Of a DNA stretch of 62,071 nucleotides, positions 29,658 to 39,719 are shown piece by piece. The stretch is from Acutalibacteraceae bacterium (GTDB taxonomy: Bacteria > Bacillota > Clostridia > Oscillospirales > Acutalibacteraceae), in assembly GCA_045648585.1 (NCBI GenBank), contig JAZROI010000106.1, positions 1 to 62,071 of the forward strand, written 5' to 3'. The notes beneath the pieces were generated by a model. The model was not told where the DNA came from. It made no database searches and saw only the letters and a program-made list of their open reading frames with translations. The stretch's first letter is position 1, and each line of letters starts with the position of its first letter. A program made the translations under genes and the position numbers.

Positions 29658-31721
29658 ATGAGTGTATTTAAAATAGGTGCTTTCCCTCAAAAAATAACGG
29701 AACATTTTGACGTTGAGGGAAAAATAAAATCAATTGCAGTTTCTTGCAACGGTACAATATACGCCTGTGCTGAAGAAGGACTTATAAAGTTCGTAAACGG
29801 AACGGGCTATCAGCTTTTTGCAGACGGTAGCTTTTCGAAGGTTTACTGTGATAAAAACGGTAGAGTTTTTGCTTCTAAAGATAAAACTGTTTATCAGATT
29901 ACCGATAACGGTGCAAAAGCCTTTGCAGAGTTTGATTATCCCGTAGTAGATTTAAAGGGCGATAATAAGCTTTACGTTCTTACGGTTAATTCTCTTCACG
30001 TTGAAACTGATGACGGTTTTTTCAAGCTTCAGGAAATGGAGCAAACTGAAAGAAGCCTTGCGGTAAGCGGTGACAAGGTTTGCGTTGCAAGCGAACTTTG
30101 CCTTCAGAGAATGGAGGGTAAAAGAAGAACGTGGAGATGTATTTTCCCTGCTCATTCAACAATGCCCGAAATTCATATAAACGTTATTGAGTTCGACAAG
30201 AACGGCTACCTTCTCGTAGGTGCCGACGAGGGCTTGTTTATTTACGATTATAAATGCGGTTGGTATAGCAACAACGAAATATCTGCTTTACCTAAAGAGA
30301 CTGTATATGATATTTGCGTTTGTGATGACGGCGGCTTTATTTTAGGTACTGATGCGGGTGCGGTTGCAATTAAAAACGGTTTAAAGAAATATCTCCCTGC
30401 TACCCGTTATGCTTTTGATACACACGTTACTGCAGTTGCATCTTGCAACGGTGAAATTTTCACAGCATCAGAAGGCGGTATCGTAAAAATCACTGAAAAA
30501 GAGATGACTATGGGTGAAAAGGCTCAGCAGCTTTTCGAGCTTACTGAGAAATACTTCCCCAGAAAGTTAGGCTTTGTTACATGGATAAAAACTGCAATAA
30601 ACACTGAGTGTTCTGCTTATACAGACAATGACGGTCTTTGGACACATACCTACCTTGCAGCCCTTAGTATGTGGTATTCAGTTGAGAAAAATGAAGAGGT
30701 TTTAAAGGCGGCAAGAAAGGCTAAGGATGCTATGCTCTTTTTAACAAGAGCACCTGAAATAAAAGGCTTTACAGCACGCGCAGTTCGTTTTCCTGATGAA
30801 TATGGCTGGGGTACAAACTTAGAAAGCAACGTTATCGGTAGAGAATGGCACCGTTCATCAGACGGTAGCTACGAATGGTTGGGTGAAACTTCAAGCGATG
30901 AAATGACAGGTCATTACGTTGGCTTTTATCTTTATTACGAACTTTGTGCCGATGAAAGCGAAAAAGCAGAAATAAGAGAAGCAGTTTGCAACATCACCGA
31001 CCATATTTTAGATAATGACGGTTATCTTATTGATAAAGACGGTATGCCTACCTCATGGGCTTGCTGGAATGAAAATGCTCTTAACAACGACAGTATGTGG
31101 ATGTGGGAAAAAGGCGTGAATTCACTTGAAATGCTTAATTTCCTTAAAATTTCTTATCATATGTCGGGTAATGAAAGATATCTTAAGAAATATAATGATT
31201 TAATCAGCAATCATCATTTCCTTTTGAATGCCGCTTACCATAAAAGAGCGGACGGACATTCTTGTCATATTGATGATAATCTTGCGATGATGAATACTAT
31301 TTCTCTTCTTTTACTTGAAAAGGACCCTGCAATAAGGCAGTATCTTTTAATGGGTCTTGCATCTCATTATGAATATGAAAAAATAGAGGGAAACCCTTAT
31401 TTTGCATTCGTTTATAAAGGCTTTACAGGTGCCCCATGCGATATAGACACAGTAGTAAAAGCTTTGCAGGATTATCCTATTGATATTGAAAACCGCAGAA
31501 TGATAAACAGTAACAGACGAGATATTGAAATGGATGAAGAGCCACTCCTTTGGTATGAAGAGCCTCACATTAAAGTTCCGTTTGCTTGGGATGAAAGAGG
31601 CTTCTCAAGGCTTGGACTTAACCCGTTCTCAATAGACAGCGGTTATCCTGACCGACGTGAAAGCGGAATGTCATTTTTGTTTATTTATTGGTTAGGCAGA
31701 TTTTTAGGAATTATTGAATAA
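29658..31721 (+). CDS. Uncharacterised two-domain protein (repeat-like N-terminal region plus helical C-terminal region)
   Basis: 687 aa with no signal peptide. The gene is tightly packed in the GH2-to-metallophosphoesterase run (10-nt gap after the GH2 stop, 14-nt gap before the next start). I recognise no family motif with confidence. Confidence 0.6.
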   Translation: MSVFKIGAFPQKITEHFDVEGKIKSIAVSCNGTIYACAEEGLIKFVNGTGYQLFADGSFSKVYCDKNGRVFASKDKTVYQITDNGAKAFAEFDYPVVDLKGDNKLYVLTVNSLHVETDDGFFKLQEMEQTERSLAVSGDKVCVASELCLQRMEGKRRTWRCIFPAHSTMPEIHINVIEFDKNGYLLVGADEGLFIYDYKCGWYSNNEISALPKETVYDICVCDDGGFILGTDAGAVAIKNGLKKYLPATRYAFDTHVTAVASCNGEIFTASEGGIVKITEKEMTMGEKAQQLFELTEKYFPRKLGFVTWIKTAINTECSAYTDNDGLWTHTYLAALSMWYSVEKNEEVLKAARKAKDAMLFLTRAPEIKGFTARAVRFPDEYGWGTNLESNVIGREWHRSSDGSYEWLGETSSDEMTGHYVGFYLYYELCADESEKAEIREAVCNITDHILDNDGYLIDKDGMPTSWACWNENALNNDSMWMWEKGVNSLEMLNFLKISYHMSGNERYLKKYNDLISNHHFLLNAAYHKRADGHSCHIDDNLAMMNTISLLLLEKDPAIRQYLLMGLASHYEYEKIEGNPYFAFVYKGFTGAPCDIDTVVKALQDYPIDIENRRMINSNRRDIEMDEEPLLWYEEPHIKVPFAWDERGFSRLGLNPFSIDSGYPDRRESGMSFLFIYWLGRFLGIIE

Positions 31722-31735
31722 TAGGTGGAAAACAA

Positions 31736-32695
31736 ATGTCGCTTGATATATTTATTACAAAATACGTTGCTCAGCTAAAAGCATTATCCCCAAAATACGA
31801 TACAATTTATACCGTTTCAAAGGATGAGCCTATTGAGTTTGAGGATAGCAAAAACGTAAGGCTTTCTTTTGCAACTATAGCAGATACTCATCTTGTAGAT
31901 AATGAGGGCTCTGAAAAAAATCTTGCAAACTTTTTTGAGGATATAGGCAACGCAAAAGAAAAATTTGATGCATTTCTTATGGCTGGCGATATCGCCGAAT
32001 ACGGAAAGAAAAAAGAGTATAAAAGATTTTTCAGCGTTACTGATAAGCAGACCGTTTTTCCTCACGTTTTTCTTACAATGGGTAACCATGACGTGCGTTT
32101 ACAGTATAAGAGAAACCAAAAAATCATAATGGATAAGGTTAACGAGTATCTTAAAATAGATACTAAAGGTAAAAGCTATTATTCTTATGACGTAAACGGT
32201 TACACGTTTATTGCTATAGGCACGGAAAAACGAGTGCTTGAAAAAGCGTACATAACTCAAGAACAAATTGATTTTCTTGATAAAGAATTAGAAAGAGCCA
32301 CCAAGGACGGCAAACCCGCTTTCGTAATGTGCCATCAGGCATTCCAAGAAACTCACGGTCTTCCTGAGGTATGGAAAACGGGGGATATGGGTGAGCAGTC
32401 AGATCTTGTAAGAGCCGTTATGGAAAAGCACAAAAACGTATTCTTTATAACGGGTCATCTTCACGGCGGTATTTTTGAGGGTACTTATGAGGTTTTAAAT
32501 AAAGAAAACAATGTTCATTCCTTGAGCGTGCCCGGCTACCGTAAGGAAAACAACTTCGGCATCAAGGATTGCGGTATAGGCTATTACTGCGAGGTTTACG
32601 ACGATAAAGTGGTTTTTAAAGCACGTAATTTCCAACAAGGTAAAAACGTTGTCGGTGACAGCGAGTTTTTAAGAATAGAAATCGCCTTGATATAA
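31736..32695 (+). CDS. Calcineurin-like metallophosphoesterase (cytoplasmic paralog)
   Basis: 319 aa. Contains DTH, GDIAEYG, GNHD and GHLH motifs. Clear similarity to 26646..27686. Confidence 0.8.
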   Translation: MSLDIFITKYVAQLKALSPKYDTIYTVSKDEPIEFEDSKNVRLSFATIADTHLVDNEGSEKNLANFFEDIGNAKEKFDAFLMAGDIAEYGKKKEYKRFFSVTDKQTVFPHVFLTMGNHDVRLQYKRNQKIIMDKVNEYLKIDTKGKSYYSYDVNGYTFIAIGTEKRVLEKAYITQEQIDFLDKELERATKDGKPAFVMCHQAFQETHGLPEVWKTGDMGEQSDLVRAVMEKHKNVFFITGHLHGGIFEGTYEVLNKENNVHSLSVPGYRKENNFGIKDCGIGYYCEVYDDKVVFKARNFQQGKNVVGDSEFLRIEIALI

Positions 32696-32710
32696 TTGAA
32701 TACATAAAGA

Positions 32711-32747
32711 AACAGCAGATAAAGACGGGTTGTCTTTATCTGCTGTT
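32711..32747. terminator. Bidirectional intrinsic terminator
   Basis: Stem AACAGCAGATAAAGAC / GTCTTTATCTGCTGTT, between convergent operons. Confidence 0.85.
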
Positions 32748-32765
32748 ATCATTAGTGATTATAAA

Positions 32766-33050
32766 TTATTCTTCAGTTACCTTATCAACAGTTATGGTAA
32801 CTTCGTTATTTTCTACTATTGCAAAGCCGTCGGAAATATGGGCTGAAAAGATTTTTTCGTCATTAACGGTTACAGTTACTTCGCCTTCCGAGAGAGCAAA
32901 AACCGCTTTTGTATGACCTTTTCTTATACCGTAATAGCCTGAAAATTCACCGTTTAGCTTGTCAGCTATCGGTAAACGGATGCCGTCACATTCTATAACG
33001 GGGATTTGGCGGTCAACGGTAAAGAATTTAACAGAAAGTAAATCCTTCAT
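32766..33050 (-). CDS. atpC: F1 ATP synthase epsilon subunit, beta-sandwich domain only (about 94 aa)
   Basis: Last gene of the atp operon. MKDLLSVKFFTVDR... The length is far short of the usual ~135 aa. An alternative GTG start at 33059 overlaps the atpD stop. Confidence 0.75.
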   Translation of the reverse strand: MKDLLSVKFFTVDRQIPVIECDGIRLPIADKLNGEFSGYYGIRKGHTKAVFALSEGEVTVTVNDEKIFSAHISDGFAIVENNEVTITVDKVTEE

Positions 33051-33055
33051 ATATA

Positions 33056-34459
<1,404 letters not shown>

Positions 34460-35299
34460 TTATTCTTCCTCTTTCATTGTGTATTCGGATGAGATTTCGA
34501 TAACGTCGGCAGTAACCTGACTTTGACGTTGGTGATTGATTTGCATTTCTAACTGTGCACTGTATTCACAAGCGGTATCGTATGCACTACGCATTGTCGT
34601 AAGTGTTGCGGCCTGAGCACCTAAAGCAGTTTCAAGTATCTTTTTATAAAGAATAGAAACAAGTATTTTCTCGGCAGTACATTGAATAACGGTTTGCCTG
34701 TCGGGAACAAATAAAGGTTCTTCAACGTTTGAAATTGCCATATCATCAAAGGTGAACAGCTCTTCACAAACAGGCTTTTGCACCATCATATTCGTATATT
34801 TGGGATACACTATTTTTACTGATGATATTTCGCCGTTTTCAATAAGCTTCTTAAGCTCGTTGAACAGCTCGTATGCATCAGAATAAGAGGGTACGTCTGA
34901 AAACAAATATGATTTGGTGTAAGAAATTTTCTTGTTATCAAGATAATCCGTGCCTTTTTTACCGCAAGTAATTATCTTAGGTGCTTTCTTCTGCTGTCGA
35001 AAAAGCTTTTCAAAGAATGCGGTAAGCTCACTGTTAAAGCTTCCGCACATACCTTTATCTGACGAGAGCAAAATATATAATATCGGTGCATCGGGATTTT
35101 TTAATGAGAAAACTGAATTTATATCATTACGGAAGCTTTCGTACATACGGCGGCATTGCTCTTCATACTTTTCGCAATCGGAATAAAGAGCAGACAGCTT
35201 TGCGTATTTTACCGTAGATGCAGTTTTCATAGCTTTAGTAATCTTTTGAGTTGAAAGAATTACCTGCAGCTTCTTTTTAAGGTTCTGTATGGTAGCCAT
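34460..35299 (-). CDS. atpG: F1 ATP synthase gamma subunit
   Basis: About 279 aa. MATIQNLKKK... N-terminus and ...QITAD(V)IEI C-terminal helix. The ATG at 35299 lies 2 nt after the upstream TGA. Confidence 0.9.
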   Translation of the reverse strand: MATIQNLKKKLQVILSTQKITKAMKTASTVKYAKLSALYSDCEKYEEQCRRMYESFRNDINSVFSLKNPDAPILYILLSSDKGMCGSFNSELTAFFEKLFRQQKKAPKIITCGKKGTDYLDNKKISYTKSYLFSDVPSYSDAYELFNELKKLIENGEISSVKIVYPKYTNMMVQKPVCEELFTFDDMAISNVEEPLFVPDRQTVIQCTAEKILVSILYKKILETALGAQAATLTTMRSAYDTACEYSAQLEMQINHQRQSQVTADVIEISSEYTMKEEE

Positions 35300-35301
35300 A
35301 A

Positions 35302-37512
35302 TCAAAACCTCTCAATAAATTCATCAAGAGCGTTGTGAAGCTCTGTTTTGAGCGTATCGTCTAATTTTTTAGCGGATTTTACTGCGAGAGAAAGCTCTGC
35401 TTTCTCAGTTTCAAAGAAACGGTAAAGCTCTTTTTCAAAGCGTTCCATATCTTTTACTTCAACGTTTTTAGCATAGCCCTCGCTGACAGCGTATATCAAT
35501 ACTGTTTGCAATTCATCTGCAATAGGTGAATATCTACCTTGCTTGAGGGCTTCGGTAAGCCTTTTACCTGCCTCAAGAGTAGCTTTTGTTGCATCGTCAA
35601 TGTCTGAGCCGAATTGCATGAATTCTGCAAGCTCTCTGTATTGAGCAAGTCTTGTACGAAGGCTTGCGGAAACCTTTTTCATAACGGGACTTTGAGCCGC
35701 ACCGCCAACACGGGAAACGGAAAGACCTACGTTTATTGCAGGGCGTTGACCCTCGTTGAAAAGCTCTGCATCAAGGAAAATCTGACCGTCGGTAATAGAT
35801 ATAACGTTTGTGGGGATATATGCCGATATATCACCCGCAAGAGTTTCGATTATGGGAAGTGCGGTAATTGAGCCGCCGCCAAGCTCATCCGAAAGATGGG
35901 CCGCTCTTTCAAGAAGTCTTGAATGAAGATAGAAAATATCACCGGGGTAAGCCTCACGGCCTGAGGGACGGTGAAGCAAAAGTGAAAGCTCACGGTATGC
36001 AACGGCGTGCTTTGAAAGGTCATCGTAAACTATAAGTACGTCCTTACCCTCATACATGAAATGCTCTGCCATTGCCGCACCTGAGAATGGGGCAATATAT
36101 TGAAGAGCTGCAGAGGCTGAAGCGGGGACGGCAATAATAGTTGTATAATCCATTGCACCCTTTGCCTGAAGCTTTTCTTTAATTTCAGCAACAAGGGTTT
36201 CTTTTTGACCGATTGCAACGTAAATACAAATTGTATTTTTACCCTTTTGGTTAATAATCGTGTCAATTGCGATTGCGGTTTTACCTGTCTGTCTATCACC
36301 AATAATAAGCTCTCTTTGTCCTTTACCGATAGGTACAAGAGCGTCAATAGCCTTAATACCCGTGTGCAAGGGGGAGTTAACGGGAGCTCTGTCAAGAATT
36401 GCTGGAGCCTTGAATTCAATAGGTCTTCGTTTTTCATAGGGAAGGTAGCCCATAGCATCAATAGGTTTACCTAAAGCATCTACAACTCTGCCTAAAAGGG
36501 CATCACCAACGGGCACGGAAGCGATTCTGCCTACACGTCTTACACGGCTATAGGATTCAATGTGAGCGAATTCGCCGAAAATAACGCAACCTATACGGTT
36601 CTGCTGAATATCGAGAACCATACCTTTTTCGCCACATTCAAACTCAACAACCTCACCGTACATAATATCGGCAAGACCGTCCATCCAACAAATACCGTCG
36701 GAAACGGATATAACACGGCCTAATTGATATTTATGAATTTTAGGTCTGAATTCTTCAGCTTTTTGGGTGAATTCCTGAATAAGTAAGCTTACGGTGTCGT
36801 CGTCCATAATCGGCTCGTGGTTCATATTCTTTTCGAAGTGGTAAAGCTCTTCGCTAACAGTGCCGTCGTAAACGGTATCACCTATACGAAGCTTAAGACC
36901 ACCGATAAGAGTATTATCCTCAAGCACCCAAAGAGACGTTTTACCGCCTACGCTGTCAAGAAGCTCTGTTGTTGCTTTATCGATTTTATCAACTAATTCC
37001 TTTTCAAGAGGAAAAGCAGAGGTAATAGTAACGTAAAGCACGTCGTGATGCTTAAGGTAAGACATATCACCGTCTGTAAGACGGATATCAGCTAAAATAG
37101 CGTCAACAACCTGACTATCAAGAGCCTTGATTTCGTTTGCATACTTTTCATAAGAGAAAAGCTTGATAACGTTTTCTTTCATAACGGAGAAAAGCTCTTT
37201 TCTTGCATCCTCAATCATTTGACGGTGGATTTCGCTATATTCTCTTTCACCGAAAGCTTTTATTGAGTTTATTTTTTCTTCTACGTTTGCCTTTGCTTTT
37301 AAAACCTCTTCAGTATCAGTATCTTCAATAATTTCTTGAGATACGGGCTCAAATACGGGCATTTCTAATTTTTCAATTTCCTCAGCCTCGTCAAGAGCCT
37401 TGTTGATTTTTTTAAGGCGGTCACCGAAAATACGCTTAATTGTTTTTCGACCCGCTAAAACAATAATGGCAACAAGAATAATAAAGTTAATTATTACGTA
37501 TTGTATTTCCAT
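35302..37512 (-). CDS. atpA: Single ORF encoding a b-like TM/coiled-coil segment, the delta (OSCP) C-terminal domain and a full-length F1 alpha subunit
   Basis: 736 codons from the ATG at 37512. Residues ~1-110 are b-like (TM helix plus charged helix). Residues ~160-235 match the delta C-terminus (SAFPLEKE...LIGGLKLRIGDTVYDGTV). Residues ~239-739 are a normal alpha (Walker A GDRQTGKT). There is no stop between the parts. Confidence 0.8.
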   Translation of the reverse strand: MEIQYVIINFIILVAIIVLAGRKTIKRIFGDRLKKINKALDEAEEIEKLEMPVFEPVSQEIIEDTDTEEVLKAKANVEEKINSIKAFGEREYSEIHRQMIEDARKELFSVMKENVIKLFSYEKYANEIKALDSQVVDAILADIRLTDGDMSYLKHHDVLYVTITSAFPLEKELVDKIDKATTELLDSVGGKTSLWVLEDNTLIGGLKLRIGDTVYDGTVSEELYHFEKNMNHEPIMDDDTVSLLIQEFTQKAEEFRPKIHKYQLGRVISVSDGICWMDGLADIMYGEVVEFECGEKGMVLDIQQNRIGCVIFGEFAHIESYSRVRRVGRIASVPVGDALLGRVVDALGKPIDAMGYLPYEKRRPIEFKAPAILDRAPVNSPLHTGIKAIDALVPIGKGQRELIIGDRQTGKTAIAIDTIINQKGKNTICIYVAIGQKETLVAEIKEKLQAKGAMDYTTIIAVPASASAALQYIAPFSGAAMAEHFMYEGKDVLIVYDDLSKHAVAYRELSLLLHRPSGREAYPGDIFYLHSRLLERAAHLSDELGGGSITALPIIETLAGDISAYIPTNVISITDGQIFLDAELFNEGQRPAINVGLSVSRVGGAAQSPVMKKVSASLRTRLAQYRELAEFMQFGSDIDDATKATLEAGKRLTEALKQGRYSPIADELQTVLIYAVSEGYAKNVEVKDMERFEKELYRFFETEKAELSLAVKSAKKLDDTLKTELHNALDEFIERF

Positions 37513-37517
37513 AATTC

Positions 37518-37943
37518 TCAAATCCTATGTGAGATTATATTTTTCGCAAACAAAGCTGCCGCTGTTTCCATTTTAGGAGCAACGGAGTCAACGATTTTAT
37601 CGTGTTCATCTTTAATGCCTTCTCTGTATTTTTGTACGTCGTCAAGGCATTGTCTTTGCGCGGCTTCAATTTCTTTTTTGCCCTGAAGCTGTATTTGTTC
37701 AAGCTTCTGCTTTGATTGTTTTCTTTTTTTCTCTTCAAATAAAACTCTTTCTTTTTCAATCTGAGCCTCATTTTCGAGAATTAACTTTTCAATAGTTGCT
37801 TTTTTCTCTTTAGCAGCCTCTGTTTTTTCGCGGCGGCTATCCATTATTTTTAAAATGGGAGTAAAAAGTAAATTTTTAAGTATTACGGTCAAAAGCAAAA
37901 AGCAAATTACAGTCCAGACCATTATTGATGGTTGAATATTCAT
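37518..37943 (-). CDS. atpF: Fo ATP synthase b subunit
   Basis: 141 aa with an N-terminal TM helix followed by a long charged helix. Confidence 0.85.
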   Translation of the reverse strand: MNIQPSIMVWTVICFLLLTVILKNLLFTPILKIMDSRREKTEAAKEKKATIEKLILENEAQIEKERVLFEEKKRKQSKQKLEQIQLQGKKEIEAAQRQCLDDVQKYREGIKDEHDKIVDSVAPKMETAAALFAKNIISHRI

Positions 37944-38012
37944 AATTTACTCCTTAGAAAATATCAAAACCAAGTTTTATATAGATGAAATTTCTGCTTC
38001 GGTATATAAAAA

Positions 38013-38243
38013 TCAGATTTTTGATATAAGCATAAATGCGATAAGAAGTCCGTAAATTGTAAGAGCTTCCATAAGAGCAAGAGCAATGATAAGAGTTGAA
38101 CGGATATCCTTTGCGGCATCGGGCTGACGGGCAATGCTTTCCATTGCTGCCTTTGCTGTTATACCCTGACCGATTGAAGGACCAAGTGTACTGATTGCGA
38201 TTGCGATTGCTGCTGCGATTGCGATAATTGCTGAGTTTGTCAT
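38013..38243 (-). CDS. atpE: Fo ATP synthase c subunit
   Basis: 76-aa helical hairpin with an RQPD loop and an ion-binding Glu in [11 protein letters not shown]. Confidence 0.95.
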   Translation of the reverse strand: MTNSAIIAIAAAIAIAISTLGPSIGQGITAKAAMESIARQPDAAKDIRSTLIIALALMEALTIYGLLIAFMLISKI

Positions 38244-38269
38244 ATTTATTACTCCTTAAAAATAAATTT

Positions 38270-38938
38270 TTATTCTGTAACCTCGTCAAGATAAATTGAA
38301 ACGAGCATTGTAAATACCATTGCCTGTAAAGCACAAAATAGTAAAGAGAGCACCATCATTACTACGGGTGCACCGATAGGGAAAATGTGATACAGCTCTT
38401 CCGTAACCATTTCCTCACCGAAAATGTTACCGTAAAGCCTAAGTGCCAAAGAGGCAGGTTTTATTATTTCATCAAGTAAAAGAAGCGGTAGCATAAAAAA
38501 CATCGGTGAAACGAAATGCTTGAAATAGTGCTTCGCATTGTGTCGTATACCTGAAATCTGTAAAAACAGGAAGGTAACAATACCTAATGCCGCCGTAACG
38601 GAAAGAGAGGCAGTAGGTGCTTTTACGTAGTCGGTAAGACCTACACCGGGTATCATACCCGAATAGTTTGAAAAGATAATGAAAATAAAAAGAGATGCAA
38701 GGAAGGTAAAATATTTTCTTGATTTCTTTTTGCCGAGAATGTCAGCGAAGAAGTTGTCAAGATATTCTACACCGGTTTCAATAACGTTTTGAAGCTTTCC
38801 CGGTCTTTCCTTAAGGCTCTTTTTGACTATAAGCGACAGCAACGTGATAAAGAGAAGCATTATCCACATCGTAATAACCTCGCCCGTTACGTCAAGTATG
38901 CCGAAAAGCTCGATAATAACCTCTGATTTTTCACCCAT
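38270..38938 (-). CDS. atpB: Fo ATP synthase a subunit
   Basis: About 222 aa, polytopic. Conserved LALRLYGNIFGEE motif. The ATG at 38938 lies 9 nt after AAGGAGG. Confidence 0.9.
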   Translation of the reverse strand: MGEKSEVIIELFGILDVTGEVITMWIMLLFITLLSLIVKKSLKERPGKLQNVIETGVEYLDNFFADILGKKKSRKYFTFLASLFIFIIFSNYSGMIPGVGLTDYVKAPTASLSVTAALGIVTFLFLQISGIRHNAKHYFKHFVSPMFFMLPLLLLDEIIKPASLALRLYGNIFGEEMVTEELYHIFPIGAPVVMMVLSLLFCALQAMVFTMLVSIYLDEVTE

Positions 38939-39260
38939 CGGCTTCACCCTCCTTTTCTTCTTTTTTAGTATCGGCAGTTTTATTAAAGCTTAAAAGCTTT
39001 TTTGTAAAATAAACCATAGGTATCGTCATACCTAAAACTGCACCGACAAGTAAGTACATTACGTTTGCAATTTCAGTTTTTGTTCCGATAAAATAAACTA
39101 AAACAAGGAAAAGAACTTGTAAAACCTGCCGTGCCATAGTTGTAAAAAGAAATTTGTCAGGCGTTTTTATAAGCACTTTCTTTGAAAAAGTGTAGTTTAT
39201 GAAAGCTACTAAAAAACCGGCAATTGCCGCAACGATAGCGCCAATAATATCCGGGTTCAT
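38931..39260 (-). CDS. atpI: AtpI/AtpZ-like small membrane protein
   Basis: 109 aa with 3-4 TM segments. First gene of the atp operon. Confidence 0.6.
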   Translation of the reverse strand: MNPDIIGAIVAAIAGFLVAFINYTFSKKVLIKTPDKFLFTTMARQVLQVLFLVLVYFIGTKTEIANVMYLLVGAVLGMTIPMVYFTKKLLSFNKTADTKKEEKEGEADG

Positions 39261-39313
39261 ATAATCACCAGCTTATACTAATTATTATAGTGAATATGCT
39301 ATATTCACTCTGT

Positions 39314-39341
39314 ATTATAGCACTTTGATTTCAATTTTCAA
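39314..39341 (-). promoter_or_regulatory. Candidate atp operon promoter
   Basis: On the minus strand: TTGAAA (39336-39341), 16-nt spacer, TATAAT (39314-39319). Confidence 0.4.
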
Positions 39342-39447
39342 TAGAATTATTTTACTTTTTTAAAGGGGCTTAAAAAGGTGTTTTTTGTTCATAATGTACA
39401 TTAAATTGACGGAACAAAAGTTGGAATAATATTTACTTAAAAATTCA

Positions 39448-39476
39448 TTGACATAGTAATTTTGCTGTGGTAAACT
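39448..39476 (+). promoter_or_regulatory. Promoter of the SCIFF locus
   Basis: TTGACA (39448-39453), 17-nt spacer, TAAACT (39471-39476). Confidence 0.55.
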
Positions 39477-39507
39477 ATATACGAAAAAATATAGGGAGGC
39501 CTTTCTC

Positions 39508-39660
39508 ATGGAACACATTAAAACAATTGAAACACGTAATTTGTGTGAAAGTGCAAAAAACGGTGGTTGTGGCGAGTGCCAGACATCTTGTCAGTCAGCT
39601 TGCAAAACAAGCTGCGGTATCGCAAACCAGGAATGTGAAAACGTTAAAGAAAGCAAGTAA
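39508..39660 (+). CDS. scfA: SCIFF-family Cys-rich RiPP precursor peptide (50 aa), not present in the ORF track
   Basis: GGGAGG RBS (39494-39499) lies 8 nt before the ATG. Translation is MEHIKTIETRNLCESAKNGGCGECQTSCQSACKTSCGIANQECENVKESK. The core GGCGECQTSCQSACKTSC is the hallmark of the 'six cysteines in forty-five residues' family. Confidence 0.9.
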   Translation: MEHIKTIETRNLCESAKNGGCGECQTSCQSACKTSCGIANQECENVKESK

Positions 39661-39676
39661 TTTTACATGCCGAAAT

Positions 39677-39700
39677 GCCGCCGGAACGGGCGGCTTTTTT
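39677..39700 (+). terminator. Intercistronic hairpin plus T6 (partial terminator/attenuator) between precursor and maturase
   Basis: GCCGCC-GGAACG-GGCGGC followed by TTTTTT, immediately upstream of the maturase RBS GAAGGAG. Confidence 0.7.
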
Positions 39701-39719
39701 CGTGAAGGAGATATATTAT

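Noticed and set aside
36030-36474. Overlapping ORFs on both strands inside atpA (143 aa and 89 aa)
   Set aside because: They are alternative-frame or antisense readings within a strongly supported alpha-subunit gene, with no independent signals.
38013-38243. Na+-binding signature in the c subunit
   Set aside because: The Gln in helix 1 and the carboxylate Glu are present. However, the residue after Glu is Ala (MEALTIY) rather than Ser/Thr as in Na+-coupled c-rings. An H+-coupled enzyme is the default reading.
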